Source of the DNA: Camelus ferus
Lineage: Eukaryota
Length of the DNA stretch: 64,000 nucleotides
NCBI RefSeq assembly: GCF_009834535.1
Contig: NC_045696.1
Location: 121,460,001 to 121,524,000 of the forward strand
Reading direction: 5' to 3'
Positions 63,176 through 64,000 of this stretch are shown here, in pieces; positions within the stretch are counted from its first letter, which is position 1; each line of letters opens with the position of its first letter. A program made the translations under genes and the position numbers. Under the pieces are notes generated by a model. That model worked only from the letters and a program-made list of their open reading frames with translations. It was not told the DNA's origin and made no database searches.

Positions 63176-64000
63176 TCCCGAAGTTTTAATCTTGTTATAG
63201 CTTTCATTAAAATTTCACATATATATTTTATCATGAACATGATGATACTTTTGTCATCAGGAAGAAAACGTGTTATAAAACATTTTAACGGTCATTCTTG
63301 TTTTCTGTAGTGGCAGTGGTCCAGGATGGGGTGTTAGATCATCCTGCATGCAAAGAATCCTCTGTGAGTCTCTCTGAGTGCAATGCCCTGTCCTACTTAG
63401 ACTGAGCTGGGATGCAAAACAGCCCAACATCAGACTCAGGGAGAGACTGCTGACACCTAGAACTGCTCTCAGAGCCCGTCCCCACTGGAGTCTTCGAGTG
63501 TCAAAATACATCTAGGGCATCCTGTGAACCGAAAAAATGCAAACTTTACCAAAGAAAAATGATGCACCCACGCCTGTCAGCCTGATCCTGGGACAAACAC
63601 AACTGCTCCTTGAGTTGAGTAATGGGGATTTTGAAAAAGACAAGTCCCCACAGTGCTCACTAGCATGTCCTGCATTCCATTCAGCACCGGGGACACAAGA
63701 AGGAGACCCTCAGAGCAAAATGAGCTAAGAGGAGCAGGACCGAGCCTTCAATTATCAGCATTATGGTCAAACAACTGAACAGGAAATCGTGACCTGGGGA
63801 GTGTGCAGGTAGAACAGAAAAGACATGTATTTAATTTTTTTTAATTGTAATTCAAGCCTTTCGCTGAGGAAAGCAAAACCGGTAACAGGGAAATAATGCA
63901 CCCCAGGTAGCTGAGCTTTCTGACCTCACGCCCTTCTGACTCCCTCCCCCAGTTATTCACTCACTTGTTGGGGGGGGGGGTCCTGCTAACGGGGGGAAGG

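Noticed and set aside
63969..64000. G-run or G-quadruplex at the window end
   Set aside because: It is truncated by the window edge and homopolymer length is error-prone, so there is no context to interpret it.

Overview
This is eutherian nuclear DNA, almost certainly camelid, since it carries four copies of the tRNA-Ala-derived vic-1-type SINE and cetartiodactyl-type L1 3' ends. The only supportable host coding sequence is one 181-nt minus-strand exon (13137-13317) encoding the first 60 residues of copine-4 (CPNE4), with canonical AG/GT splice sites. The rest is most likely the large flanking introns of that gene. It is filled with transposon fossils: L1 fragments of several ages, L2, MIR, MaLR/ERVL/ERV1 solo LTRs, Tigger1, MER82, MER3, MER58A and MER5A. 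I see no evidence of a new biological system. The real points of interest are retrotransposition anatomy and a few candidate regulatory patches. The anatomy includes three-tier nesting with TSDs, three twin-priming-type inversions, a tail-less L1 replacing the Tigger1 core, a poly(A)-only insertion, a TSD-flanked internally deleted L1 and clustered L1 truncation points. Repeat family names come from my recall of consensus sequences, not from a database search. Boundaries of old repeats are approximate.
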